Virus record (IMG/VR): IMGVR_UViG_3300028883_000032
Location: 41,347 to 105,346 of that record
Strand: one strand, 5' to 3'
From: a virus
DNA length: 64,000 nucleotides
Shown here: piece after piece, positions 26,925 through 37,437 of the stretch
Layout of the letters: every line of letters starts with the position of its first letter
Numbering within the stretch: position 1 is the stretch's first letter
Position numbers and translations under genes: made by a program
The notes under the pieces: model-generated
Databases searched by the model: none
Told to the model about the DNA's origin: nothing
What the model saw: the letters and a program-made list of their open reading frames with translations, nothing else

Positions 26925-27485
26925 ATGCGATATTTTCTGGCGGTGCTGTTAATAATAGCATTTCCAGGGGTACTTCTAACCAACTCTTCTTCTGTCGAGG
27001 AAGAGTTGCGTTTTTTAAAAAATACACCTGACTTTGTAACAGAATCGTTAATACCAGATCATATATTTGATTGTAGTGATGTTAGGGTAGTTGTAACAGC
27101 ATATAACTCCCTAGAATCACAATGTGATGATACCCCGTTTATTACAGCAACGGGAGACTCAACAAAATGGGGCGGAATAGCTGTAAGCCGTCCACTATTA
27201 AAACGATGGCCTTATGGGTCTATTGTTATGATTGAAGGCTATAACCACCCTTTCGTCGTGTTTGACACGATGAACAAGAGATTTAGAGAGCCGCGGGTTG
27301 ACATATGGCACGAGTCTTATGACTGGGCCATCTCCCAAGGGGTGCAAAGAAACATTCGGGCAGTCAAAATTGGCCAAATCCCGAAAAACCAAATTAAGTA
27401 TTTTGAGCCCTCAGCTTACAATACAAAAAACGTGGAATTATGTTACAACGATAGAAGACTTGAAAGAATGTATATTATTTTGTAG
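26925..27485 (+). CDS. 3D-domain protein (cell-wall lytic transglycosylase-like) with N-terminal signal
   Basis: VTAYNS...PFITATG, IAVSR, DTM and RVDIW. Confidence 0.8.
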   Translation: MRYFLAVLLIIAFPGVLLTNSSSVEEELRFLKNTPDFVTESLIPDHIFDCSDVRVVVTAYNSLESQCDDTPFITATGDSTKWGGIAVSRPLLKRWPYGSIVMIEGYNHPFVVFDTMNKRFREPRVDIWHESYDWAISQGVQRNIRAVKIGQIPKNQIKYFEPSAYNTKNVELCYNDRRLERMYIIL

Positions 27486-29238
27486 CAATGAATCCGCAAT
27501 ATCGTTTGACATTGAAACAAATTCACTGGACCCACGTTTAGGAGACATTTTGTCGATTCAAGTCGGTACTTATGATCGACAATATGTTATTAAAGTTCAC
27601 AGTTTTACTAAAACCCAACTAAAACCCTTATTTAGAGTATTGGAAGATGAGGATTACTTAATTTTAGGTCACAACTTAAAATTTGATTTCCAATGGATAT
27701 ATCACCATTATGGTGTAGTATTAAATAATGTTTATGACACTTATATTATTGAAGGCATACTTAACAAAGGAATGCACAACCACCGGTTAAACCTGAATGC
27801 CGTATTGGAGGTTTATGTACATGGGGTTGATCTTGACAAGGGAGAGCGCAAAACCTTCGTAAACCGGTTACCATTCGAAGACTTTACTGAAAAGCAGATA
27901 GAGTATAGTGCCCTAGATGTTAAATTCCTATCAAAAATATATAAGGGTCAAATTAAATTAGCTCGTGAATATCAATGCGAGGCATTGGTGTGGTTGGAAT
28001 GTGATGCTGTTATTCCAACGGCAATGATGGAATATAATGGGATTTATATAGATCAAAAGCATTGGCTTAGTTTGTCTAATGTGGCCCGCGAAGCGGCCGA
28101 TAAAGCTAAAGAAGTATTGGACGAATATTTTAAAGATGTGAATTTGGGAAATCAGCTGAGCTTGTTTGATTACCCCATGATAAACTACGATTCTCCAGCA
28201 CAAATGAAACGAGCTTTATCAGACTTACTTGAAAAAGACATAGAAAGTACTGGTAAAGAGGAACTTATGAAGTTGGACCATCCAGCAGCTAGGGCTCTTC
28301 TTGATTACAGAGAGCAGTCCAAATTAATAGCAGCGTTTGGTCCAGAGTACCTTCGTAAATATATACACCCGATTACAAATAGAATTCATTCTCAGATAGA
28401 TCAACTAGGTGCAGATTCTGGAAGATTTTCTTGTCGCCGACCAAATTTAATGCAGATTCCTCACTTACAAATTTATAGGGAAGCCTTCTGCGTTGAAGAT
28501 CCTATATTAAGGCGTATGATAGCAGCAGATTATTCTGGGTGTGAACTAAGGCTAATTGCCGAATTAAGCGGTGAGGAAGAGTGGATATTTTGCCTCAAAA
28601 AGGGCTATGACATGCATAGCTATGTTGCCGCTTTGCTATTTGATCTTGACTATCATAAAATAACAGAAAACAATAAAATAAAATCTGAATTTAAAGAGTT
28701 TCGTCTTAAGGCAAAAAGCATTAATTTCGGTGTAGCTTATGGCATGGGACCGGGACGATTGGCAATAAGCTTAAAAATAAGCTTCGAAGAGGCGGCCGCA
28801 CTGCTTGATAAATTCTGGGAGAAATTTCCAAAGATAAAACGACTTCTAGACAGATTAGTAAGAGAGGGAATAAACAACGGATACGCACAATCTCCTCTAG
28901 ACGGAAGACGGCGTTGGTTACTAGACTTCAATACTCGTGTTCCAAGAGAAAGAGCACACGCTGGCAATATTTGTAAAAACTTACCATTTCAAGGAGGTAA
29001 CGCCAGCATTATTAAGCGTGCAATGTGTCTTATCCAAGATAAGTTTTTTGAACATCCTGAATGGGAAGCAAAACTTTTATTGTGCGTACACGATGAAATT
29101 ATTGCTACATGCAAAAAAGATAACAGTGAAACAGTAAAAGAAGTTATCGAGAAGTGCATGCTTGAAGCAGCATACTTGTTTGTAGACAAAGTACCGATGG
29201 AAGTAGATGTTGAATTAGGCAAGCATTGGATACACTAA
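27403..29238 (+). CDS. polA: family A DNA polymerase (3'-5' exonuclease plus polymerase)
   Basis: FDIET, GHNLKFD, YSALDV, SGRFSC, ADYSGCELR, KSINFGVAYG and VHDE; start uncertain (TTG 27403 inferred). Confidence 0.95.
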   Translation: MSPQLTIQKTWNYVTTIEDLKECILFCSNESAISFDIETNSLDPRLGDILSIQVGTYDRQYVIKVHSFTKTQLKPLFRVLEDEDYLILGHNLKFDFQWIYHHYGVVLNNVYDTYIIEGILNKGMHNHRLNLNAVLEVYVHGVDLDKGERKTFVNRLPFEDFTEKQIEYSALDVKFLSKIYKGQIKLAREYQCEALVWLECDAVIPTAMMEYNGIYIDQKHWLSLSNVAREAADKAKEVLDEYFKDVNLGNQLSLFDYPMINYDSPAQMKRALSDLLEKDIESTGKEELMKLDHPAARALLDYREQSKLIAAFGPEYLRKYIHPITNRIHSQIDQLGADSGRFSCRRPNLMQIPHLQIYREAFCVEDPILRRMIAADYSGCELRLIAELSGEEEWIFCLKKGYDMHSYVAALLFDLDYHKITENNKIKSEFKEFRLKAKSINFGVAYGMGPGRLAISLKISFEEAAALLDKFWEKFPKIKRLLDRLVREGINNGYAQSPLDGRRRWLLDFNTRVPRERAHAGNICKNLPFQGGNASIIKRAMCLIQDKFFEHPEWEAKLLLCVHDEIIATCKKDNSETVKEVIEKCMLEAAYLFVDKVPMEVDVELGKHWIH

Positions 29239-29250
29239 CCAAGGATAATT

Positions 29251-29949
29251 ATGCCAAACAACGTACTAAATAAATTACGAATTGAGGGCCCAAAATTTCG
29301 AATTCAGGAAGTTTGGGATTTTTTACGTACCACGGACGACGACGGCGAAACTCACCCAATTAGTTTCAATAAATTAGTCCCAATGCCAAAGTCTCTAAAA
29401 TGTAAAGATGGAAGCTATGGGGATTTAGCCTATCGAGTATTATTTAAAGAATCCTTGCCGGGAGACATGTGGTTGGACGAGGATAATGAAGAAGAGGAAA
29501 AATTTTATTCCATGTCAAGGATGATAAGAAATGAGGCAACAATACTAGCACATCAATATCGAGAGAATATTTTAAAATACGGACATAAAACGTGGTATGG
29601 GTGGAGCATAACTAATTGGGGCACAAAGTGGGATGCCTATGACCAAATGTTAGATGGCGATACGTTGATGTTTAATACGGCGTGGTCAGGAGTACCAAAA
29701 ATAATAGAAAAGATATCTGAAAAATTTCCAGACTTAACACTTCACTACCAATTTGCGGATGAAGACATAGGATGTAATGTTGGAGATATGACTTTTTACG
29801 GAGGAAGATGTGTTGACGACACTTCACCGAAAAATCAAACAAAAGCTGCTTATGACCTAGCTTTTGAACTAAGACCAGGGGCCAATAGCTATTACAGGCT
29901 TGTAAATGGTGAATGGAAATACGACGACGACTGGGAAATAAACCAATAA
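29251..29949 (+). CDS. DUF1281 / YubB-like protein
   Basis: MPN...SFNKLVPMP...WYGWSITNWGTKW...FNTAWS. Confidence 0.8.
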   Translation: MPNNVLNKLRIEGPKFRIQEVWDFLRTTDDDGETHPISFNKLVPMPKSLKCKDGSYGDLAYRVLFKESLPGDMWLDEDNEEEEKFYSMSRMIRNEATILAHQYRENILKYGHKTWYGWSITNWGTKWDAYDQMLDGDTLMFNTAWSGVPKIIEKISEKFPDLTLHYQFADEDIGCNVGDMTFYGGRCVDDTSPKNQTKAAYDLAFELRPGANSYYRLVNGEWKYDDDWEINQ

Positions 29950-29956
29950 ATCCGCA

Positions 29957-30598
29957 ATGCTATTAGATGCGTTAACAAAACTAGAATCTTGCAATTTACG
30001 TGACCTAACAAGATCATTAAGACATGATGGTCTGTGTAGAATATATGAGAGCTTACCAGCATCGAAATGGGTTAACATTTTTAACCTAGATGGAGAAGTA
30101 CAAAGCGGTTTATACAACGAAGTAAGATTGTACAATTTGAAAAGCAAGAGTTTTAAGCACGGAGAGTTCCTGCAATACCGCCTTTCTGCGACATTTTTAA
30201 AAAATAATTTAGATGAGGTGTTGTCTGAATGTATAATAAAAGCTCTTGAAGCCTGTTCATGTATATCAAAATTCAATTTAAATATAAAACACACTGTAAA
30301 CAATGATGATTATGAAATGTTGGGGCATGAATTCCATAACCGGAATTTTCGAACAGTTCTTACAAGTCCCGATCGACAACATTTAATAAATAGCTGGACT
30401 TATGATCTTGGGATGAAGGTATACACTAGTGGGAAACTACAGTTTGGCACCATGTACCTATTAACTCCAACCGCTATTAAGGCCTATTCTATTAATGGCC
30501 CACAAATTAACCGCGATAATGATAGATTTTGGGCAAATTACCACATGGGAGCAAACGTGGATGCTTTGCAAGTTACTAAACTAAAATTTAACGAATAG
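29957..30598 (+). CDS. hypothetical protein
   Basis: 213-aa ORF in operon. Confidence 0.7.
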   Translation: MLLDALTKLESCNLRDLTRSLRHDGLCRIYESLPASKWVNIFNLDGEVQSGLYNEVRLYNLKSKSFKHGEFLQYRLSATFLKNNLDEVLSECIIKALEACSCISKFNLNIKHTVNNDDYEMLGHEFHNRNFRTVLTSPDRQHLINSWTYDLGMKVYTSGKLQFGTMYLLTPTAIKAYSINGPQINRDNDRFWANYHMGANVDALQVTKLKFNE

Positions 30599-30603
30599 AA
30601 CTC

Positions 30604-30804
30604 ATGGAAAATAATATGCCATTACATAAAAAAGTAGACTGTGGGAAATGTCCAGTTTGTGGAAGCAAACTCAAAATAGAGGCGACTAGAGTCCCGGGAG
30701 TAAATGTAAGAATGGGAAGCCGATTTTTTGGTACATGGCGAGATCAAATATACTGCGAGCAATGCCAGATAATTTTTAGAGACAAACCAAGAACTAATAA
30801 GTGA
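30604..30804 (+). CDS. Zn-ribbon protein
   Basis: CPVC...CEQC. Confidence 0.65.
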   Translation: MENNMPLHKKVDCGKCPVCGSKLKIEATRVPGVNVRMGSRFFGTWRDQIYCEQCQIIFRDKPRTNK

Positions 30805-31442
30805 ACGTAATGATCATTGGGCCAATGGCCAGCGGTAAAACATCCGCGGCGAACCATCTTGTAGAAAAATTTGGGTTTAAGTGTATATCATTAGCTGGCC
30901 CAATAAAAGACATGGAAAGTAAAATAGACAATGCAGTAGGTATAGCTGATTTTACTGACATAATATTTCCCCACTTCTCTGGAATTAGAGAATTCGGAGA
31001 TTCCCACATCTCCAAAATGGTTAAGGTTCTACAAGAAGCGAAAGAAATAGAAAGAGAAGAGCCGAAACCACGTAAAAGGCTGCAATTCATCGGAACTGAA
31101 GGTGGGCGCCAAAGAATACACCCAGACATTTGGATAAAAATACTTCGTAATACCATAAATAAATCTCCTTCAAACACCCAATGGGTTATTGATGATGTAA
31201 GATTTATAAATGAGTTTAATTCTCTTAATGACCTATTTCTACCCATAAAATTAACAGTATCCAAAAAAGTCCAACTGCAGAGGTTGAGAAATTTATACCC
31301 TAACTTTGATGGTAGTGTATTACGACACTCGTCTGAACTGGATTTTTACAAAATGGAAGTTGGACGAAAATACATCGTAAATGCAAATGTCCCCCTTGAA
31401 CGAATGAATTTGGATATAGAAACAAAACTAGGATTAAAATGA
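30801..31442 (+). CDS. deoxynucleoside monophosphate kinase
   Basis: GPMASGKT, RKRLQFIGTE, DDVRFINE and HSSE. Confidence 0.88.
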   Translation: MNVMIIGPMASGKTSAANHLVEKFGFKCISLAGPIKDMESKIDNAVGIADFTDIIFPHFSGIREFGDSHISKMVKVLQEAKEIEREEPKPRKRLQFIGTEGGRQRIHPDIWIKILRNTINKSPSNTQWVIDDVRFINEFNSLNDLFLPIKLTVSKKVQLQRLRNLYPNFDGSVLRHSSELDFYKMEVGRKYIVNANVPLERMNLDIETKLGLK

Positions 31443-32146
31443 TACAATATTATATAGACTGTGATGGGGTAACTTTTCATTATGTTGAACCTTTTTTGGA
31501 TTTTATCAATGACTTGATGGGTAAAAAACTATACAGCGCCAAACAAATTACCCAATATAATATCCCGTCATGCCTTGGAATGCCAGATAGAGAATTTTTT
31601 GCATATTTGAATAAATATGTGGAAAAGCAAAAATTTGCTTCCCAGCCTTTTATGGATGGGGCTATCGAGGGCATTTTTCATATTATTTCAAATACAAGAA
31701 AAACCGGCAGTGTAAACTATATTACTGTGAGACCTATTGGAGCTTACTTACAAACTATAAAAAGCATAAGAGGTTTTTTCAAGACCCTTATTAAAAGGTT
31801 TTACAATGAGGATTTGGTACTTCCTGAAGATTTTTATAGACTGCTTTTGGGTAACTATAATGGAACCCCAAAATGGAAAATAATAAAGGTGTTAAATGAG
31901 GGATCAAGCGCGTCTGTATTGATAGACGACAACCCAGAGTTTATCCATGAAGTTATGGAACACTGCCCGGAAACTCTAACAATTTGGTTTAATCATAAAG
32001 GTTTTCTAAAAAACACCTGTCACGCTCATGTTAAAGTACAAAGCTGGGACGAGGTAATAGATATACTTGGAGACGACATTAAACCCGAAACAATCAATAA
32101 ATTAAAGACTGCTTCGGGTTTCGGTGAACAGCTGTCTATTCTATAA
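31439..32146 (+). CDS. HAD-family 5'(3')-deoxyribonucleotidase-like protein
   Basis: IDCDGV, ITVR and LIDDN. Confidence 0.8.
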   Translation: MIQYYIDCDGVTFHYVEPFLDFINDLMGKKLYSAKQITQYNIPSCLGMPDREFFAYLNKYVEKQKFASQPFMDGAIEGIFHIISNTRKTGSVNYITVRPIGAYLQTIKSIRGFFKTLIKRFYNEDLVLPEDFYRLLLGNYNGTPKWKIIKVLNEGSSASVLIDDNPEFIHEVMEHCPETLTIWFNHKGFLKNTCHAHVKVQSWDEVIDILGDDIKPETINKLKTASGFGEQLSIL

Positions 32147-32174
32147 AATACCCCTCGTTGAGGGGTATTTTTTT
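32145..32174. terminator. bidirectional terminator at the strand switch
   Basis: AAAATACCCCTC-GTT-GAGGGGTATTTT between convergent arms. Confidence 0.9.
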
Positions 32175-32802
32175 AGCCTGAAATGACTCCCATACTACAA
32201 GCCAATAAACCTACATTCTCCACAAGAACAGTCCTATCAGATGCGAAGGATATGTTATGTTGATAAACATATGCATCTTCAAGATAAAAAGCTCCCATAA
32301 AGTTATATTCCCCATCAAACAGAGCAAACATTATGTCCGTTGGTTTGTTTAGGAATTCCGAAGCCAAGTTAATGATGAATGTTTTATTCCCATCAAATGT
32401 AAATCCAAAATTCGGGTATTCGCCAAAATCTAGAGTTGTCTCGAGTTCATCGGGACCTATAGGATAAAGAGAACCTATTAAGGAGTCCCCGTCAATTAAC
32501 AACCTCCCCAAATTTGCATTTATTATTGTTCTTCCGGGAATTATATAAGACTGGTAAGAACCAAGTTCAAACAGTTGAATTAATTTCTTGTTCTGCTGTA
32601 TTTGTGCTGTCTGGACGACACCAATGGCATTAAAGTCATTTATTGTAGGTGGAGTACCGATCCGTTCGCCATCTGCTGTGTGCTGTCTAGCACCGACAAC
32701 TATTAACGTCGAATTTAATAAAGTTTTACCAGTTTTAATGTCAGGATTAACATGGCCACTAGAGCGGCCAACTAAGTCGCTCCAGTTGGCTACGGTAATC
32801 AT
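32173..32802 (-). CDS. tail tube protein, paralogue 2
   Basis: Clear paralogue of 32821..33480 (AIGV-x-Q, QNK-x-L-x-QLFELGS, INLASEF); follows sheath. Confidence 0.65.
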   Translation of the reverse strand: MITVANWSDLVGRSSGHVNPDIKTGKTLLNSTLIVVGARQHTADGERIGTPPTINDFNAIGVVQTAQIQQNKKLIQLFELGSYQSYIIPGRTIINANLGRLLIDGDSLIGSLYPIGPDELETTLDFGEYPNFGFTFDGNKTFIINLASEFLNKPTDIMFALFDGEYNFMGAFYLEDAYVYQHNISFASDRTVLVENVGLLACSMGVISG

Positions 32803-32820
32803 ATATTAGGCTCTGGTTTA

Positions 32821-33480
32821 TTATACAGATTGTACCGATTGTATAGAATTTGCCCTTAACGAACAACTTTCTAACACAACTGTTTGTTGCGAAGCCACGG
32901 AGATTTGGTGACTTTGTAGATACGCATCTTTCAAGTAAAAACCGCCCATTAATTCGTGGTCCCCATCATTAAACCAAAATGCTAAATCGATGGGATTATC
33001 AAAGAACTCTGACGCCAAGTTTATAAGGAAAGAATGTCCTTGAGGTGTATCAAATCCAGGGTCTGAAGTCATTTGACCTGCAGTTCCAGCCGAAAATCCA
33101 TTTTCATCAGTTGGGTACATTATGGCCATTAAACTATCACCATCAATCATAATACGTGATAGGTTAGCTTGAACAACAGTTCGTCCAGGAACAAAGTATG
33201 ATGCTCTTGACCCTAATTCGAATAATTGTGCTAGCTGTTTATTCTGAACTACGGAGGCATTTTGAATAACTCCGATGGCCATGAAACTTCCTGGACCATC
33301 GGTATTATCCCCCGGTACAGCCACTGACCCCACCCCGTTCTCAACTGTTACATTAACTTTACGGGCCGCAATAACAATAGTTTGAGCGGATGTAAATTGT
33401 TTGCCATTGGTTATTAAATCATCAACATGGACATCATTTTTTCCAATAACACTAGTTGTCCAATCATTTACTGTACGCAT
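32821..33480 (-). CDS. tail tube protein, paralogue 1
   Basis: Immediately downstream of sheath; beta-rich, ~220 aa. Confidence 0.7.
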   Translation of the reverse strand: MRTVNDWTTSVIGKNDVHVDDLITNGKQFTSAQTIVIAARKVNVTVENGVGSVAVPGDNTDGPGSFMAIGVIQNASVVQNKQLAQLFELGSRASYFVPGRTVVQANLSRIMIDGDSLMAIMYPTDENGFSAGTAGQMTSDPGFDTPQGHSFLINLASEFFDNPIDLAFWFNDGDHELMGGFYLKDAYLQSHQISVASQQTVVLESCSLRANSIQSVQSV

Positions 33481-33497
33481 ATTTATTTATCCTTTGG

Positions 33498-35081
33498 TTA
33501 GAAACCAACTGTAAAGCTGATTTTGTTAACAGGGAACTTTACCTCAACATCAATATTTGCGTATACGGTGTCATCTTCTGAGTAAAGTGTTACCAATGTA
33601 AATGAGTTGAGAACTCCTTCACGAACCAAATGCTTACCTACAGCAGTTATTGTTGTTGCCAATAGTTTCAAGAAGCTCGGACTAATAACGTTACGACCAA
33701 TCAAACCGGATACAGAACTACGAAGGAATTTACCAGTATAATCCAGAGAAGCTCTAATTGAGTCCTCTTGACGCTTTGTGTCACTGCGATCTGTAGATAA
33801 TTGGTGTCTTGTTACAATGGGAGCATTTTTAGTTACTTGGTACAGCCACCAAGTTCCCCCACCTGCCGCAGTATCTATCTGAGTTTCACTTAAGAAATCA
33901 GATGCATACTTAAGTCTTGCCGCACCGCTTAATGGTAAATTTGTGAGAGGCTGTTGTGGTGCAACTCCCGAACGGCGTCCAGCAGCCATTGCAGCGCCAT
34001 AATAAGATGGTAATGGAATCAAAACATTGACAAAAAACTTATCACTGTCAATTAGTTGTTGGCGAACGGTTTCCGTAATTTCAGTATCTGCATATAAAAT
34101 TGTACCGTCGCTAAGCGTAACACGTTCTTCCAATAAAGCGTTTAATGCCAACGACCCATTAATATTATTTATATAGTTTGTTGTAAGTTGAGACACGTGC
34201 CATCTAACAGAAAAATATAAGGTGTCAGGGTATACCCAACGAGCACGTTCCTGTAAATTACTTATAGCCGCGGACTTTATATTTTGCATTGTCTTTGTTT
34301 TACCGCCTGAATCTACCAATGCTGCGGTTGTAGCGACATCGTCAGAATCTACCCATGAGATGGTATTTCCGAAGAAAACTATACGCTCTTTCTTTGCCGC
34401 GGTTGCGCTCATGTTTACACAATGAGTTTGCCAAGTTCCACGTATAGTAGTATTAGTGGTGAGTGGTGCAAAGGCATAAGGTTCTGTTTGTAGTGCAAAA
34501 GCCTCCTGTGCCTCCTCGTGATCCGTGGCTGTTTGACCGTCAACACCATAGCCATAGACTGCTTTACCAGCGTTATTTAGTGCCAGCCTTAATCCGAATG
34601 CTAGTGGGTTAAGAGGATCGATCTTACCACACCTGTTTGTCACATCATCCAAACTTTCAAACAACACCACACTATTTACATTGGTGCGTAATTCACGCCA
34701 ACCAATCAGTATTGATCCACCATCATAAGTACTTCCTAAAGAACCACTGATGGTTACATCGGTACCGTCTGGATTAACATAAAATTCTGTTGTATCCAAA
34801 GGTTTACGTGCGCCAAGAGTGCTAACAACGTCGACATAAACACTTTCTGTGTCCACATTCGTACCATCACCAATAAGGCCCGAAAATGATACCGTAGTTC
34901 CAGTGGAATTATTGTAAGTATCTGGGTACGAATCCTTATATACAGAATCCGGATTTTCTGTAATTTCGTGTACGTAGTAGCATTCACCAACAATCGCTGC
35001 TGGCAATAATGGAGTGTCAAGGTTAGGTGCCGCAGTCTTTTGAACGTAAGTTACTTCGGAACCTGGTTTTGTGTAAGCCAT
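33498..35081 (-). CDS. tail sheath protein
   Basis: MAYTKPG N-terminus, HC-x-x-MS...KERI, PQQPLTN, IVTRHQLST and C-terminal VKFPVNKI. Confidence 0.85.
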   Translation of the reverse strand: MAYTKPGSEVTYVQKTAAPNLDTPLLPAAIVGECYYVHEITENPDSVYKDSYPDTYNNSTGTTVSFSGLIGDGTNVDTESVYVDVVSTLGARKPLDTTEFYVNPDGTDVTISGSLGSTYDGGSILIGWRELRTNVNSVVLFESLDDVTNRCGKIDPLNPLAFGLRLALNNAGKAVYGYGVDGQTATDHEEAQEAFALQTEPYAFAPLTTNTTIRGTWQTHCVNMSATAAKKERIVFFGNTISWVDSDDVATTAALVDSGGKTKTMQNIKSAAISNLQERARWVYPDTLYFSVRWHVSQLTTNYINNINGSLALNALLEERVTLSDGTILYADTEITETVRQQLIDSDKFFVNVLIPLPSYYGAAMAAGRRSGVAPQQPLTNLPLSGAARLKYASDFLSETQIDTAAGGGTWWLYQVTKNAPIVTRHQLSTDRSDTKRQEDSIRASLDYTGKFLRSSVSGLIGRNVISPSFLKLLATTITAVGKHLVREGVLNSFTLVTLYSEDDTVYANIDVEVKFPVNKISFTVGF

Positions 35082-35104
35082 GTCTTACTCCTATAAGTTA
35101 ACTA

Positions 35105-35734
35105 TTAATAGTTTTGATATAAATTCGATTGGTGCGTTTTTGGTTTTAGGGTTTTTGATAGAGTACGAATACCTAAACTGCCTAAAGCCATACCACCGGC
35201 GGCAGCAGGTGCTAATCCCCACAAAGCGGCTTCGCTTAGAGCTTTTTTAGGAGAATCTCCAGATGCTAAACTCATTCCTCCCCATGCAGCACCGCTTATA
35301 GCACTTGCTGAAGTTAGCGGACTTCGTAATAAACCAAGAGCCGATCTTTGACGTACCATCTTGGTTTTCGGGTTTACTTTATATTTTAAACCTAAAGCTT
35401 CATTTTTAAACCAATTACCTACGCCTTTGTCTTGCATATATTTTAGGTGACCAGCAGTTTCTCCTGCCCATGCCCTTGGATTAAACATCCCTTTAAACCC
35501 AATACCCTCACTCACCGCACCTTTTAATTTTACACCGGTATCTTTATATCCCCAAATACCTATACTTGGTGAGCGGCGTTTAAGTTGGTTACTAACACCT
35601 AAAAAATTATGTCGTTCGTATCCAGATGCCAATCTATTTATAATAGACCCAGATTGTTTGCCGCGTACTAAAAATCTCCCCAAACTTTGTACAAGGCCCG
35701 CCTCTTTTTCTATACTAAAATAAGGTTTTTGCAT
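35105..35734 (-). CDS. basic Gly-rich putative virion protein
   Basis: N-terminal FSIEKEAG motif, Gly/Ala hydrophobic C-terminus. Confidence 0.6.
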   Translation of the reverse strand: MQKPYFSIEKEAGLVQSLGRFLVRGKQSGSIINRLASGYERHNFLGVSNQLKRRSPSIGIWGYKDTGVKLKGAVSEGIGFKGMFNPRAWAGETAGHLKYMQDKGVGNWFKNEALGLKYKVNPKTKMVRQRSALGLLRSPLTSASAISGAAWGGMSLASGDSPKKALSEAALWGLAPAAAGGMALGSLGIRTLSKTLKPKTHQSNLYQNY

Positions 35735-36795
35735 TAATCAAAACTCGCTTCATTAGTAGTAGTTAGATCAAAAATAACATCGGCCAACACGTAGTATCCG
35801 TATATACCTCCCGGCAGAGCAAATTCAGTTTCTATACCATCAACGTCTAAAGTTGCAATAGTTTCATCTAGAGTTGTTGCATTAGTATAAGTAACTGACC
35901 AAGTTACCGTACCATTGGGAACGTACCCTCTTGTTTTGAAGCTGGCACTTTGTCCGGGTTTTGGCTCTGTACCGTCATCTGGGCCTGTGGTACTTACTAA
36001 ACCACTAACCATAAAATATTCTGGAACCGGGGCAGTAGTAAATTCTAATAGTCCTGATGAATTTACTTCGTAGTCCTCGGTCTCTACAAGCGTTACCGTA
36101 AATTCTTGTTCGGTTCCAGTATCCACCCAACCACCAACTGTGTTCTGCCCTTCAATATAGGACCACACGTTGTTTATATCCTGATCTTCAGGAAGGTGGT
36201 TAGCTGTATAACTTACAACTATTTTATTTTGTTTTGGCATTTTTTCGAGGCCAATTTGCATCGAAAAATCTACCTGAATGGGTACTGCGACAAAAACTTC
36301 GCGTTCTCTATTGTGCAGTCGTGTTTCTTCGCCTACATTGATATTATGTATTTGATGAACACCTGCTCTCCTAAACTCCTCTTTGAAAGAAGTAAGAGCA
36401 TTTGATACTATATTAGCTAGTTCTTCTGCTTCTAATCCGTTTTGGGATATACATGTAAGAGTAACAGAAGTTCTAATTAAATCAGTATAAGTTTTGTTAT
36501 TAGTCTCCATGTTAAATGAAGCAAGCTGATTAATACAGGTCTGCATTAGTTGCATTGGGCCACGTGATAATATAATGGCCGGTCTTGGGTCCATGTGACC
36601 AGTATTATACGAAAACTTATCTAATATAATTAGCGGGGTATTTGTAAAGTCCGATCTCCAATAAAATCTTGGCTCTATTGATTCATAAGTACTAAACCAA
36701 GATTGCATAAAAGATAGAAATATCTTCTTTGCCTTTAATGAATAATTGCCTATTACGCCTGCAAAGTAAGCAGGATTTTTGTTTATGGTGCTCAT
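35734..36795 (-). CDS. putative tail-terminator / structural protein
   Basis: RPAIILSRG, EAEELA-x-IV; position upstream of sheath. Confidence 0.55.
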   Translation of the reverse strand: MSTINKNPAYFAGVIGNYSLKAKKIFLSFMQSWFSTYESIEPRFYWRSDFTNTPLIILDKFSYNTGHMDPRPAIILSRGPMQLMQTCINQLASFNMETNNKTYTDLIRTSVTLTCISQNGLEAEELANIVSNALTSFKEEFRRAGVHQIHNINVGEETRLHNREREVFVAVPIQVDFSMQIGLEKMPKQNKIVVSYTANHLPEDQDINNVWSYIEGQNTVGGWVDTGTEQEFTVTLVETEDYEVNSSGLLEFTTAPVPEYFMVSGLVSTTGPDDGTEPKPGQSASFKTRGYVPNGTVTWSVTYTNATTLDETIATLDVDGIETEFALPGGIYGYYVLADVIFDLTTTNEASFD

Positions 36796-36983
36796 AAAGC
36801 TTTCTCAATGGGAACTGTTTCTCCATTCAAACTCTTTGGTACTAGATTTAAATAATCGTCAACGAATGAAGTCACCTCCTCCACAGGAGCATTTGGGTAT
36901 TCTTCGATAAGCTTATTCTTCGCACCTATCCTTAAATTAATTTCTGTGCCAAAAATGTTGATATTAAATTCTTTTATACGCAT
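36792..36983 (-). CDS. hypothetical protein
   Basis: Follows a TTGACA-N17-TATATT promoter. Confidence 0.55.
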   Translation of the reverse strand: MRIKEFNINIFGTEINLRIGAKNKLIEEYPNAPVEEVTSFVDDYLNLVPKSLNGETVPIEKAL

Positions 36984-37072
36984 GGCAATCTATATCAATA
37001 TAAACTTATTTTCAAGGTTTGTCAAGTATTACGGAATAAGAAAGTATGGTTAACTTACTCGGGAGACGTAAC

Positions 37073-37414
37073 ATGTTTGCAAAGCTTGAAAGAGCACTCG
37101 GCATCAGTATTCATACTGATGATCTGCTTGAAATGGTGAAGCTCATTGAAGATGTTATCAACGATTCGGGTTACAAAACCAATTACGTTTTGTGCCTTAT
37201 CAAGATTGGACGATACGTTGATACGCCATACGCCAACATTCTGGCAGCTTTTCAATCAGTGCTTGGTGCATCAGATGCAGAGTTGATGGCTTTCGGCGAT
37301 CTGCAAGCTCAACTGACGAAGCACGTCAAGACTGTCGTCTTAGACGACGTCTACCTATGCAAGTACTGCAATTATGGTCTTGAACACCCATTCCCGTTAC
37401 ATAATCAAAATTAA
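37073..37414 (+). CDS. hypothetical protein, counter-oriented cassette
   Basis: Motif at 37032, GGGAG RBS, terminator at 37419-37439. Confidence 0.7.
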   Translation: MFAKLERALGISIHTDDLLEMVKLIEDVINDSGYKTNYVLCLIKIGRYVDTPYANILAAFQSVLGASDAELMAFGDLQAQLTKHVKTVVLDDVYLCKYCNYGLEHPFPLHNQN

Positions 37415-37437
37415 GATTACGGGCTTAAGCCCGTTTT

